64,000 nucleotides of DNA from an uncultured Bdellovibrionales bacterium (GTDB lineage: Bacteria; Patescibacteriota; Minisyncoccia; Moranbacterales; UBA9337), in the NCBI GenBank assembly GCA_964605525.1, contig CAZSCV010000001.1, positions 82,424 through 146,423 on the forward strand, in the 5' to 3' direction. The translations under genes were made by a program, and so were the position numbers. This document shows, one piece after another, positions 29,701-38,648 of the stretch. The notes beneath the pieces were generated by a model that worked only from the letters and a program-made list of their open reading frames with translations, searched no databases and was not told where the DNA came from. How positions within the stretch are numbered: position 1 is the stretch's first letter; every line of letters begins with the position of its first letter.

Positions 29701-30181
29701 TGCCATTGACGAAATTTGTAAAACCTTGACCGAGATCGTTAAGAACGAGATTAATTCTTGGCGGGAACGGGAGGAAGAAAGGAGAAAGCAGTCAGAAGCT
29801 GACCGAGAGTGGGCAATATCGCAAAATCTGCCCGAATCATTGGTTAGCGAGGTTGTTGAGAGAGGCGATTTCTCGGCTCTGAAAAAATTCATTCAGAATG
29901 TTGACACGCTAAATGCAGTCGATCTCGACGAGCACACTTGCTTGGGTTGTGGACGAGACCGTCGTCGAAGCCATCTAGAAGAAATTTCAGGCTTGGATAG
30001 TTACGACTTTTTTCAGGGCTTTGACCCAAATGATGTCACTGTCTGGATCTGGAATCGGTTAGAAGGCAAACGACCGAAAATTTCTGCCGGAAAACCAAAA
30101 GAGAAGCGGCCAGTGGCTTCTAGCAAAGGTGAGTTTTCTAATAATCCTTTTGCCGCTCTTGCCAATTTGAAAGTTCGTTAA
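26708..30181 (+). CDS. DEAH-box (HrpA/DHX-like) ATP-dependent helicase with long C-terminal extension
   Basis: Motif I GTGTGKT, motif II DEIH, motif III SAT, motif VI QMGGRVNGR; downstream LPVDPGWAELIV and GSDHLTAYNIV match the winged-helix/HA2 region of DEAH/RHA helicases; 1157 aa; GC-richer than the genome. Confidence 0.85.
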   Translation: MAREQTRVFEKSESLLVEKIMEEKKFSRVIVVAPTRSTCLNISMVLSNGAIPQTLLMREKRKEIFEAVDCLELGGFGVVAGTGTGKTVAIRDIANRVLGENLSVDVITREHEATDRTWQCNTLVVTPGVALNWFKSHILSSEDLLVFDEIHQTSEHLELTLALAKRVSCTFIWMSATIDPSLYSDYLGAATVIECSAFDPSKRAEVECRRDNPEDFFSDERLDDFIAGERAVAVFVPTRAMAEKLSREYGKKDGLYCCDFYHGGEKAEKLRQFLKGDVPKPFMVFMTIAGASSLNILGLDTVVIADEMYKGVVHSGVSVLEKIRLGNNELLQMGGRVNGRMENSRVYILTSREIDFHSLQPMVPEFVLGGDLRRVALTCAKLGVNASDLDLISKIETTVYNTEVQRFRNRGIIEVESESLTPYGKKVERLPVDPGWAELIVNAEQVGDEMLNVVATCSCAESLYLILRKFPKLEGLGVSGSDHLTAYNIVVSALRQFGFVQKSNGGTEYGFRGDWVKKHFDKKIGQSEKSMGEFAQWCDFMGFNSKAIKEVAIAMKSVFRQLGQSLPDPMEMQVVSNNDHLHLGFIGLLARVQSLDFVHDQQNSKAMSAYGTVWSAQTSMTQARRVLGKIRYWTDKRGTRRATIEGTEIPEDLVPRYGQKTPQCVTRVTNEGVEIQYRLSFAEEDLGTKNIVVSDDEVPEGLLGQAEMKFVEAFANKQLSGVEVVVDKNTDARKEHNHLWIRSGGSYKRATLEDEREGYANEILGKGIISAQSFEQALRNGSVDAKNLLLVSVSDSEREWFERENPESIEVDGKNCLVEYGQIYHDTFFARVRFEKEFLFSTQIKEVFLPSGRQLEIACSGWYAMTVSELVAKLLTSDCSEELRVPQTEPWQKKTGYWGWSLTDLGKQLKSGLEKLICEHAEKPKADGMAGRIEALKQAVALLYKELAGQQEIVARKISETETELFGLIAEVADSGLDYSLRRQVSDGVEKAHKSEYGAIDEICKTLTEIVKNEINSWREREEERRKQSEADREWAISQNLPESLVSEVVERGDFSALKKFIQNVDTLNAVDLDEHTCLGCGRDRRRSHLEEISGLDSYDFFQGFDPNDVTVWIWNRLEGKRPKISAGKPKEKRPVASSKGEFSNNPFAALANLKVR

Positions 30182-30351
30182 AATTCTTACCCCCGTACGG
30201 GTGATACAAATTTAGTTCTTTGTTTAAAAGTTCAAAACTGTGGTTCGAAATTGTGCGGAATTTCGGACCCTATTATTGAAACCTTGATTTCCGATTATTT
30301 GAAAATCGAAGTTTCATTGTAGAAAAAGTTCTTTGAAATAAAACATTTCCT

Positions 30352-30397
30352 ATCCAACGCTTAGTTTTTAAGTTTTTTTGAAAATTGGGTGTTGGAT
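30352..30397 (+). repeat. integron attC-like inverted repeat (nested hairpin replaced by T-rich spacer)
   Basis: ATCCAACgcttagtttttaagtttttttgaaaattgggtGTTGGAT. Confidence 0.4.
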
Positions 30398-30485
30398 TGG
30401 GAAAATATATCAAAGTTCTGACTGCCATGGTGGCGGTTGGGAGAAAAATTTGAGCCCTGTCGAGAGATGGGGCGAGGAGGAGAAA

Positions 30486-31532
30486 ATGGAGATGGAAATG
30501 TATGCAATCATTTTATGTGGAGGATCGGGAACGAGGCTTTGGCCGCTCAGCCGGGAAAAAACTCCGAAGCAATTTTTGAGCTTGTACAGTAAAATGTCCC
30601 TTCTGCAGGAAACTTTTTTGCGGATGCGGGAAATAATGCCGGCAGAGAATATTTTTTTCAGCACTTACGGAAAAGTGTCTGCCGAAAAGGTGTTTGAGCA
30701 AATAGTGCAGGTGGGAAAAAATATTGACAGGCGACAAATCATTCTTGAGCCGAAAAAACTCAATACTGCCCCGGCTATTGCTGCCGCTGTTCGTTACTTG
30801 AGACGGAAAATAAAGATAGACGACGCTCCAATCATTGCTACTCCCTCAGATTATTATATTGGCGATAAAGAGGAGTATTTAAGGGTGGTAAAAATGGCCG
30901 CGGAAAACGTGGGTGATAATATTGGAACTATTGGCATTGTTCCAACGGGACCGGAAACCGGGTATGGATATATAAAGAAGGGGAAAAAAGAAGGAGAGTA
31001 TTTTTATGCTGCGGAATTTAAAGAAAAACCTGATAAAAATACCGCATTAAAATATGTTCAGTCCGGCGAGTATGTTTGGAATTCTGGAATGTATATCTTC
31101 AATATCGGAACATTTTTCAATGAGTTGGAGAAATATGCTCCGGAAATTTACAAAGCGACTAAAATTGAAAAAAGCGAAGATTTTTCAATTGAATTCCAGA
31201 AACTTCCGTCGATTTCAATTGATTATACTATTTCAGAAAAATCCGACAAAGTTATCGTCTTTGAGGGCGAATTCGGCTGGAGCGATATTGGATCCTTCGA
31301 TAGCCTGTCAGAAATTTTGGCAGGAAATCAAAACAAAAATCGACGACATGTTGTCGTCGGCGGGGAGAACGTTTTCATTCACAGTAGTACCCAAGGGAAG
31401 ATTATTGCGGTGGTAGGAGTGAGTGATCTGATTGTGGTTGAAGCTGGCGATGCAATTTTGATCGCCAGAAAAGGCCACAGTGAGGATGTAAAGACCGTTG
31501 TGGAATTTTTGAAAAAGGAGAATATCTATTAA
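30486..31532 (+). CDS. manC: mannose-1-phosphate guanylyltransferase
   Basis: MYAIILCGGSGTRLWPLSREKTPKQF N-terminal nucleotidyltransferase signature; GAGGAGG RBS; start at MEMEMYAI (ORF track 30378). Confidence 0.8.
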   Translation: MEMEMYAIILCGGSGTRLWPLSREKTPKQFLSLYSKMSLLQETFLRMREIMPAENIFFSTYGKVSAEKVFEQIVQVGKNIDRRQIILEPKKLNTAPAIAAAVRYLRRKIKIDDAPIIATPSDYYIGDKEEYLRVVKMAAENVGDNIGTIGIVPTGPETGYGYIKKGKKEGEYFYAAEFKEKPDKNTALKYVQSGEYVWNSGMYIFNIGTFFNELEKYAPEIYKATKIEKSEDFSIEFQKLPSISIDYTISEKSDKVIVFEGEFGWSDIGSFDSLSEILAGNQNKNRRHVVVGGENVFIHSSTQGKIIAVVGVSDLIVVEAGDAILIARKGHSEDVKTVVEFLKKENIY

Positions 31533-31918
31533 GCGAAGATATTCTCACCTCCGCACGGGTGATACAAATTTAGTTCCTTGTTTAAAAGTTTAAAAACTGT
31601 GGTTCGAAATTGTGCGGAATTTCGGACCCTATTATTGAAACTTTGATTTCCAATGATTTGAAAATCGAAGTTTCATTGTAGGAGTTTTTTTTAAAATCAA
31701 TAAAGTTTCGCAAAGTGGGAAAAAGCGAAGATTTTTTCAGATCTCTCTCCTGAAATATTTTTTCTTTCCGCTAAATGCTTTGCGAAACTTTGTTGATTTT
31801 TTGTTTTTCTTTTTCTTTATGGTATAATTTTAACAATAAGAAAAAATATTTTTTTAAAAAATTGCACCTTTCTGTTTAATTGTGAGAAGTAAGAAAATAA
31901 ACAAAAATAAAAAATCAA

Positions 31919-32863
31919 ATGAAAATTGTTAATGATTTGAATATTAGAAAGCAGGCAGATGAGTTGGGCGTGAGTATTTGGCAGGCACCGAGCTTTCTTT
32001 TTTTGTTGATGGGCATTATCGTAATTGCCGCGATGACGATAGTTTATTTTGCTTCAATGAATTACGGTTCGCCGGAGATTTTGATTTTCAGCGAGTTTGC
32101 CGTGGTGGTTGTGATTTTTACTATCGGAACTTTTATTATTCGAAATGTCGAGTATATGGCGGCGGCCAACAAAACCAAATCCGAATTTATTTCAATGGCA
32201 TCCCACCAACTCAAAACTCCGATTGCCGAATTGAGTTGGGCATCTGAACTTCTAATATCGAAATATAACAAAGGATTGGGGAAAAAACAGCTTGATCTTA
32301 TCGGGGAAATTTCCAAAGCGAACGCGCACATGTCGCGTTTGGTCGGAGATTTGCTGGATGTTGCCAGGCTTGATCGAGGGGCGCTTCTTTTGGCACAGGA
32401 CAAAATTAATATCGCAAAAATTGTAAAAGAAGTTTATGAAGCCGATCTTCCTTTGGCGACAGCAATGGGAGTGAAAGTGGATGTGATAATTCCCGGAAGT
32501 TTGCCGGAAATCACTGCAGACAAAAGAAGGATAAAAGTGGCGATTGATAATCTTATTTCCAATGCAATCAAATATACGGCAGATGGAGGATATGTTGAGG
32601 TTCGCTTGGAGAAGGATGGTGATAAAATTAATTTTTGCGTAAAAGACAATGGAATCGGAATTCCGGAAAAACAGCAAGATAAGGTTTTTGAGAAATTTTT
32701 TCGCAGCGATAATTCCGCCAAATATAAAATTGAAGGAACTGGACTAGGGCTGTATATTGTGAAAAATTATGTTGAACAATCAGGCGGAAAAATCTGGTTC
32801 AAGTCAATTGAGAATGTGGGATCCAGTTTCTGTTTTTCTCTGCCAATAATAAATAAGAAATAA
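31919..32863 (+). CDS. sensor histidine kinase (2 TM, HisKA, HATPase_c)
   Basis: H-box MASHQLKTPI; N/G boxes NAIKYT…DNGIGIP…GTGLGLYIV. Confidence 0.85.
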   Translation: MKIVNDLNIRKQADELGVSIWQAPSFLFLLMGIIVIAAMTIVYFASMNYGSPEILIFSEFAVVVVIFTIGTFIIRNVEYMAAANKTKSEFISMASHQLKTPIAELSWASELLISKYNKGLGKKQLDLIGEISKANAHMSRLVGDLLDVARLDRGALLLAQDKINIAKIVKEVYEADLPLATAMGVKVDVIIPGSLPEITADKRRIKVAIDNLISNAIKYTADGGYVEVRLEKDGDKINFCVKDNGIGIPEKQQDKVFEKFFRSDNSAKYKIEGTGLGLYIVKNYVEQSGGKIWFKSIENVGSSFCFSLPIINKK

Positions 32864-33031
32864 ATTATTAAGTAAACAAGCTCAGGATTTGCGCGCTTGA
32901 AAAACATTCGTCCGGTTTTTCGAAAAAATATCATTTTCTCCGGTCCTTTCGAGGGACACGGACAGCTACGAAAATAATATTTTTTCGGAAAACCTAATAC
33001 TTTTTGTCGAAGCGCGTAAATCATAAAAAAT

Positions 33032-33409
33032 ATGGAAAAGAAAAAAAAGATTGTAATTATTGAAGATGAAGTTATTTTGCGGGAAACATTGCAGGATTTT
33101 CTTGAGAAAGAAGATTTTGAAGTTGATTCGGCGGCTGATGGAGAGGTTGGAGTGGAAATGGTTATGCGCAAAAATCCGGATTTGGTTCTTTTGGATATAA
33201 TTTTGCCTAAAAAAAACGGATATGATGTTATTTCTGAACTCCGTGAAAATCAATCGACAAAAGACGTTCCGATAATTTTGCTTACAAATTTGGGAAGCAT
33301 TAAGGATATCGAAAAAGCATTGGCGCTGGGAGCAACTACTTATTTGGTTAAGGCGGATTATCAATTAAAAGAAATTGTGGAAAAAATAAAAGGAATTTTG
33401 GGAATGTAA
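33032..33409 (+). CDS. response regulator, receiver domain only
   Basis: IIEDE … LVLLDIILPKKNGYDV … TYLVK (CheY-like Asp/Lys positions); 125 aa. Confidence 0.85.
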   Translation: MEKKKKIVIIEDEVILRETLQDFLEKEDFEVDSAADGEVGVEMVMRKNPDLVLLDIILPKKNGYDVISELRENQSTKDVPIILLTNLGSIKDIEKALALGATTYLVKADYQLKEIVEKIKGILGM

Positions 33410-33451
33410 TGTAGATGTTTTCGCGTTCGATTAGCGACCAGTAAAATAAAA

Positions 33452-35224
33452 ATGAAAATCGAAAACAAACAACTGAGGGATTTTCTGCTAGATACGGATA
33501 TTGTTAAAAAAGAATCCCTGGAAAAGCTTTTTGAAGAAGCTGAGAAAACCAGTAAACCGCTGGGGGATTTGTTGTTGGAAAAAAAAATGATTGATGAAAA
33601 TGAATTACGAAAACTTTTTTCGTATATTCTCGGAATACCTTTTGTGGATTTGTCAAAGGAGATGATCTCTTCAGATATTTTGCAAATTATTCCGGAGCCT
33701 ATTGCCAAAAAATATAACATTGTCGCCTTTGAAAAAAAAGGCAATGAGTTGAAAGTGGCAATGATCAATCCTGAAGATATCCAAACTATCGATTTTATTC
33801 GAAAAAAAACCGGATTGAAAATCGTACCCTGTTTGTCAACGCAAGAAAGTATCAAATCGGTTATTCGGCAATACGAGAAAAGTTTGAAAGCGGAATTTGG
33901 AGATATTATTGATAAAAATGCTGAGCGAATGACAACCGAAAGTCAAGGTGGAAATGAAGCGGAAAACGGAAAAGAAGATTTGGAGAAAATGGCGCAGGGT
34001 CTGCCGGTAATTCGCGTTGTTGATACTTTGCTTAAGCACGCGATTTTGCAGTCAGCCAGTGATATTCATATTGAGCCGGACGAGAAAGAAGTTATTGTCC
34101 GTTATCGGATTGATGGAATTTTGCATGATGCAATGATTTTGCCAAAACAGGTTTTACCCGGTATTGTGGCAAGAATAAAAGTATTGTCAAACTTAAAGCT
34201 TGATGAGCACCGATTGCCTCAAGACGGACGGTTTAAGATTGTTAAGGATGAATATAAAATTTCTTTTCGCGTAAGTATTTTACCTGTATTTGACGGAGAA
34301 AAAATAGTGATGCGTCTTTTGGATGAAACATCAAAAGGTTTAACGCTTGAAAAAATGGGCCTTCAGGGGCGGTCGCTGGAAATTATTCACAGAGAAATTA
34401 CAAAACCAAACGGAATGATTTTGGTTACCGGTCCGACCGGAAGCGGAAAAACTACAACATTGTATACTATAATGGATATTATCAATGTTCCGGGAGTTAA
34501 TATTAGTACTGTTGAGGATCCGGTTGAATATCGAATGCCGAGAGTAAATCAAACGCAAGTTAATCCGAAAATCGGACTTACTTTTGCAGCATGCTTGCGG
34601 GCCCTGCTTCGCCAAGATCCGGATATTATTATGGTTGGGGAAATTCGAGATGAAGAAACGATGGAAATCGCTTTGCACGCCGCAATGACTGGACATCTGG
34701 TTTTGTCAACGTTGCATACCAATAGCGCTGCCGGAGCTTTGCCTCGTCTTCTTGATATGGGAGCGGAACATTTCTTGGTTGCATCAACTGTTAATGTTGT
34801 TGCGGCTCAGCGCTTGGTTCGAAAATTGTGCAATGAGTGCAAAGTTGAATATAAGATTGATAAAAAAGGAATCAAGGTTTTGGATGAAAGTTTCAATACG
34901 AAAGAAGTTTTGGAATATTTGAAGGTTTGCGAACAAACAAAAGGATTGGTAAAAAAAGATGACCAATGGGATGATATTCGCTTGTATAAAGCAAAAGGAT
35001 GCGACCAATGCAATAACGAAGGATATCACGGAAGAGTCGGAATTTATGAAGTTTTGGATATTGATCCCGATATTGAAAAATTAATTACTCAGTCCGCATC
35101 AACTGAATCAATCGAAGCAAAAGCCAAAGAAAATGGAATGTCGACAATGATTGAGGACGGTTTATCTAAGGCGGTGCAAGGACTTACGACAATTGAAGAA
35201 GTTTTAAGGGTGACAAGAGAATAA
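33452..35224 (+). CDS. pilB: type IV pilus assembly ATPase PilB (GspE family)
   Basis: N-terminal T2SSE_N-like domain; Walker A VTGPTGSGKTTTLY; His box; C-terminal CxxC…CDQCN zinc motif. Confidence 0.9.
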   Translation: MKIENKQLRDFLLDTDIVKKESLEKLFEEAEKTSKPLGDLLLEKKMIDENELRKLFSYILGIPFVDLSKEMISSDILQIIPEPIAKKYNIVAFEKKGNELKVAMINPEDIQTIDFIRKKTGLKIVPCLSTQESIKSVIRQYEKSLKAEFGDIIDKNAERMTTESQGGNEAENGKEDLEKMAQGLPVIRVVDTLLKHAILQSASDIHIEPDEKEVIVRYRIDGILHDAMILPKQVLPGIVARIKVLSNLKLDEHRLPQDGRFKIVKDEYKISFRVSILPVFDGEKIVMRLLDETSKGLTLEKMGLQGRSLEIIHREITKPNGMILVTGPTGSGKTTTLYTIMDIINVPGVNISTVEDPVEYRMPRVNQTQVNPKIGLTFAACLRALLRQDPDIIMVGEIRDEETMEIALHAAMTGHLVLSTLHTNSAAGALPRLLDMGAEHFLVASTVNVVAAQRLVRKLCNECKVEYKIDKKGIKVLDESFNTKEVLEYLKVCEQTKGLVKKDDQWDDIRLYKAKGCDQCNNEGYHGRVGIYEVLDIDPDIEKLITQSASTESIEAKAKENGMSTMIEDGLSKAVQGLTTIEEVLRVTRE

Positions 35225-35264
35225 TTTTTTTGAGCAGATTAGAAATTTTTGTATTTAAAATAGT

Positions 35265-36485
35265 ATGTCAAAGTTTGCTTATACCGCCAAAAGCGCCGAT
35301 GGAAATTCAAAAGGAGGAGAGATTTCGGCAAAGGATGAAAAATCAGCCGCGCAACAGTTGCGAGCTGAAGGTTTTTTGATTACCTCGATTCGGCCGATGG
35401 AAGATGAAAAAAAGAGCGTCGAAGTGCGGTTCTTGGATCAATTTACGAATGTTTCATTGAAAGAGAAAATGATTTTTGCGAGAAATTTAAGCGTTATGAT
35501 TGCATCCGGGCTGACTGTTTCGCGGGCAATCAATAATCTGGCAGCCCAGGTCGAGAGTAAGAAATTCAAATCAATTTTGAAGGATATATTTAATGAGATT
35601 CAAGGAGGTGTCGGTCTTAGTGATTCTTTGGCAAAATATCCGCGAGTTTTCGATGATCTTTTTGTAAATATGGTGAGAGTTGGAGAAATTGGCGGAAATT
35701 TGGAGGAAGTTTTGGGAATAATTGCCACCCAATTAGAAAAAGAACATGACTTGCGGGGAAAAGTTATCGGAGCCTTGATTTATCCGGCGGTTATTTTGGT
35801 AGCAATGCTGGGTATTGGAGTTTTGATGCTTACATTTATTTTGCCAAAAATTTTGGGAGTATTTGCCGATATGAACGTGGTTCTTCCTCCCGCAACCAGA
35901 TTTGTCATCGCGCTTAGCGGATTTTTTACTAATCACTATGTGATTGTTTTTGGAATAACACTTTTTTTGATAGTTGGAACAAAAATTTTTCTGCAAACAG
36001 AACTTGGAAAAAAAACAATTGGTTTTCTGTTGATAAAAACTCCGGCAATAAGAAATATTGCCATAAAAGTAAATTGCGCAAGATTTTCCAGAATATACAG
36101 CTCGCTTCTTAAGAGTGGAGTTTCTTCAATTGACGGATTAAATATTGTTGCCAATACATTGGGAAATTTTTATTACAAAAGGGCTATCAGAGAAGGAATT
36201 GAGGAAATTCAAAGAGGTGTGGCTCTCAGCGTGGTTATTTCAAAAAATGGTATGATTTTTCCGGTGTTGGTTTCTCAAATGATGGAAGTTGGAGAAGAAA
36301 CAGGAAAAACTGATGAAATGCTTGTAAAAATAGCGGAATTTTATGAAGAAGAAGTTAATCAATTGACAAAAAATCTTTCATCTATTATTGAGCCGATATT
36401 GATGATTTTTATTGGAAGCGCCGTAGGGCTTTTCGCGGTTTCGATGCTTCAGCCGATGTATAGCCTGATGGATAATATTAAATAA
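35265..36485 (+). CDS. pilC: type IV pilus inner-membrane platform protein PilC (GspF family)
   Basis: Two T2SSF repeats, 3 TM segments, 406 aa. Confidence 0.85.
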   Translation: MSKFAYTAKSADGNSKGGEISAKDEKSAAQQLRAEGFLITSIRPMEDEKKSVEVRFLDQFTNVSLKEKMIFARNLSVMIASGLTVSRAINNLAAQVESKKFKSILKDIFNEIQGGVGLSDSLAKYPRVFDDLFVNMVRVGEIGGNLEEVLGIIATQLEKEHDLRGKVIGALIYPAVILVAMLGIGVLMLTFILPKILGVFADMNVVLPPATRFVIALSGFFTNHYVIVFGITLFLIVGTKIFLQTELGKKTIGFLLIKTPAIRNIAIKVNCARFSRIYSSLLKSGVSSIDGLNIVANTLGNFYYKRAIREGIEEIQRGVALSVVISKNGMIFPVLVSQMMEVGEETGKTDEMLVKIAEFYEEEVNQLTKNLSSIIEPILMIFIGSAVGLFAVSMLQPMYSLMDNIK

Positions 36486-36542
36486 TAAAAATAGTAGAAG
36501 CAAAGTTTTTTATTATACGCAAAGTTAATTTTTTTCGCAATA

Positions 36543-37949
36543 TTGATGAAAAATTTCAAATTTCAAATTTCAACTGCCTGCTTGAAAATAAGAAATTCCA
36601 GACCCAAGAGCGGATTCACACTTATTGAGGCTTTAGTGGTGCTGTTTATTGTCAGCATTATTTTGGCTACTTTTTATTCGGTTTTTTCTTCGGGAACTCG
36701 GCATATAATTAATTCAAAAAACCGGCTAGGCGCAATTTCTTTGGCTAACCAAAAAATGGAAATTATTCGAAATATTCCATATGCCGATATCGGAACAACT
36801 ACTGGAATTCCCCATGGAATTCTGGATGCGGATTATTGGGAAAATGTTAACACAGTTAATTATCACGTTAAAATTGATGTAAGTTATGTCGACGATTCTT
36901 TTGATAGCACTGTTGATATTTCCGATATTATTCCTACTGACTATAAAGTGGCGCGGGTAACTATTTTGTGGGGAGAAGAATTGGCAAGCCAGCAAGCATA
37001 TCTGGTTTCAAATTTTGTTCCTCCGGGAGTGGAAACAAGCGCCGGAGGGGGAACTTTGCGCGTAAATGTTATTGATACTCCCGCTGTCGGACTTTCAAAT
37101 GTTGCGGTAAATATTTCCAGTGCGGACAATGGAGTGAATATTTCTACTGTTACTGACTCAAGTGGAACGGTTTTGCGCCCGGGAATGCCAGCCGGAGATG
37201 ATTATGTGATAAGTGTTTCTAAGAATGATTATGAAAGTGTTACAACTCTTCCGGTAAGCCCTGATTCAAATTACGATCCAGTGGCAGATCAAAATGCTTT
37301 GGTGATAGAAGGAAGTTTGAATATAAAATCGATTATTATAGATCTTGTGTCTAATATAAAGATTGTAACCAAAGACCCTTTTGGAAATTTAATAGCGGAT
37401 ATTCCTTTCAATTTGAATGGAGGAAGATTGCTAGGCAATAATATTTCAGGCGGATTGCCGGGAGTCTTGGAATATAACTTTAATCAAAATTTAGTTACTG
37501 ATGGAAATGGGGAAGAAAGCATTGATGGCTTGAGCCCCGGAGCGTATATTTTCACGCCCGACGAAAGCATAACAGATTATACTTTTTATGAAATGGATCC
37601 CAATGATGACGTTAATTATAGTAAGTTTATTGTTGATCCTGGCGTTGATTCCGAAGTGAAGGCCATTTTTCTTGATAATTCGTTAGATTCTTTATGCGTT
37701 TCAATTTCAGACCAGAATACCGGGGCTTCAATTGAGGGGGCTGAAGTAAGATTAAAAAATGCTCTGCTCGGATACGAAGTTTCTTTGACTACTGATAAAT
37801 TCGGAAAAGTTTATTTTCCTGAAGACGGAGTTGCACTTGCGAAAGATAATTACGAACTGTCAATCGAGGCAGATGGATTTGATACCAACAATTCAACGGT
37901 GACCATTGACGGATTAGTGCTGTACCCAGTAGAACTTATTCCTCAATAA
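36543..37949 (+). CDS. prepilin-type N-terminal cleavage/methylation domain protein with large C-terminal domain (pilin-like)
   Basis: GFTLIEALVVLFIVSIIL class III signal after a long leader; 468 aa. Confidence 0.7.
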   Translation: MMKNFKFQISTACLKIRNSRPKSGFTLIEALVVLFIVSIILATFYSVFSSGTRHIINSKNRLGAISLANQKMEIIRNIPYADIGTTTGIPHGILDADYWENVNTVNYHVKIDVSYVDDSFDSTVDISDIIPTDYKVARVTILWGEELASQQAYLVSNFVPPGVETSAGGGTLRVNVIDTPAVGLSNVAVNISSADNGVNISTVTDSSGTVLRPGMPAGDDYVISVSKNDYESVTTLPVSPDSNYDPVADQNALVIEGSLNIKSIIIDLVSNIKIVTKDPFGNLIADIPFNLNGGRLLGNNISGGLPGVLEYNFNQNLVTDGNGEESIDGLSPGAYIFTPDESITDYTFYEMDPNDDVNYSKFIVDPGVDSEVKAIFLDNSLDSLCVSISDQNTGASIEGAEVRLKNALLGYEVSLTTDKFGKVYFPEDGVALAKDNYELSIEADGFDTNNSTVTIDGLVLYPVELIPQ

Positions 37950-37979
37950 AGATAATTTTTTGGAAAATGTAGTAAAAAA

Positions 37980-38609
37980 ATGAATTTAAGAAAAAACAAA
38001 TGCGGAATGACACTGATCGAGATGATGATGGCGATCGCAATCTTTTCAATTGGCGTCGAAGGTTTTACGTTGCTTTTTACGCGGGCTTGGAAAAATAACG
38101 CATTCGTTATTGAGTCGGGAGAGGCATCAATGACTGCTTCAAGAGGCGTGCAAAAAACAGTTGATGTTGTCAGGCGGGCAAGGCAGGCGGACAATGGTTC
38201 ATATTCTATTGTTTCTGCTGATGATAATGATTTTGTTTTTTATAGCGATATAGATAAAGATGGAGCGACAGAAAGAGTGCATTATTATAGAGAGGCGAAT
38301 ACCTTAAAAGTCGGAGTTACCGATCCGGCAGGAATTCCTCCCGCATATCCGGATGGCGATCAGAATATACAAATTATTGCTAATTATGTTGCCAATGATG
38401 CTTCCCATCCGATTTTTTCTTATTATGATGAAAATTATCCGGCTGATGAAATTAATAATCCGATGGAAACTCCTGCTTCCGTGAGTGATGTAAGAATGGC
38501 AAAGATACATTTGATGATAAATATTGATCCGGATAATGCTCCCGATTATATAAATATTCAATCATTTGTCGCACTACGAAATCTTAATGAGTATGATCGC
38601 GCGCATTAG
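37980..38609 (+). CDS. minor pilin / pseudopilin
   Basis: CGMTLIEMMMAIAIFSIG prepilin N-terminus. Confidence 0.7.
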   Translation: MNLRKNKCGMTLIEMMMAIAIFSIGVEGFTLLFTRAWKNNAFVIESGEASMTASRGVQKTVDVVRRARQADNGSYSIVSADDNDFVFYSDIDKDGATERVHYYREANTLKVGVTDPAGIPPAYPDGDQNIQIIANYVANDASHPIFSYYDENYPADEINNPMETPASVSDVRMAKIHLMINIDPDNAPDYINIQSFVALRNLNEYDRAH

Positions 38610-38648
38610 TAATAAAAAAGTTTAATTAAAAAATAAAAACATTATCTT

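Noticed and set aside
30182-30351. Sigma70 promoter inside the conserved inter-ORF module
   Set aside because: Candidate hexamers (TTGAAA…TAGAAA, TTTACA…CAACGC) have poor -10 matches or wrong spacing. No convincing promoter could be supported from sequence alone.
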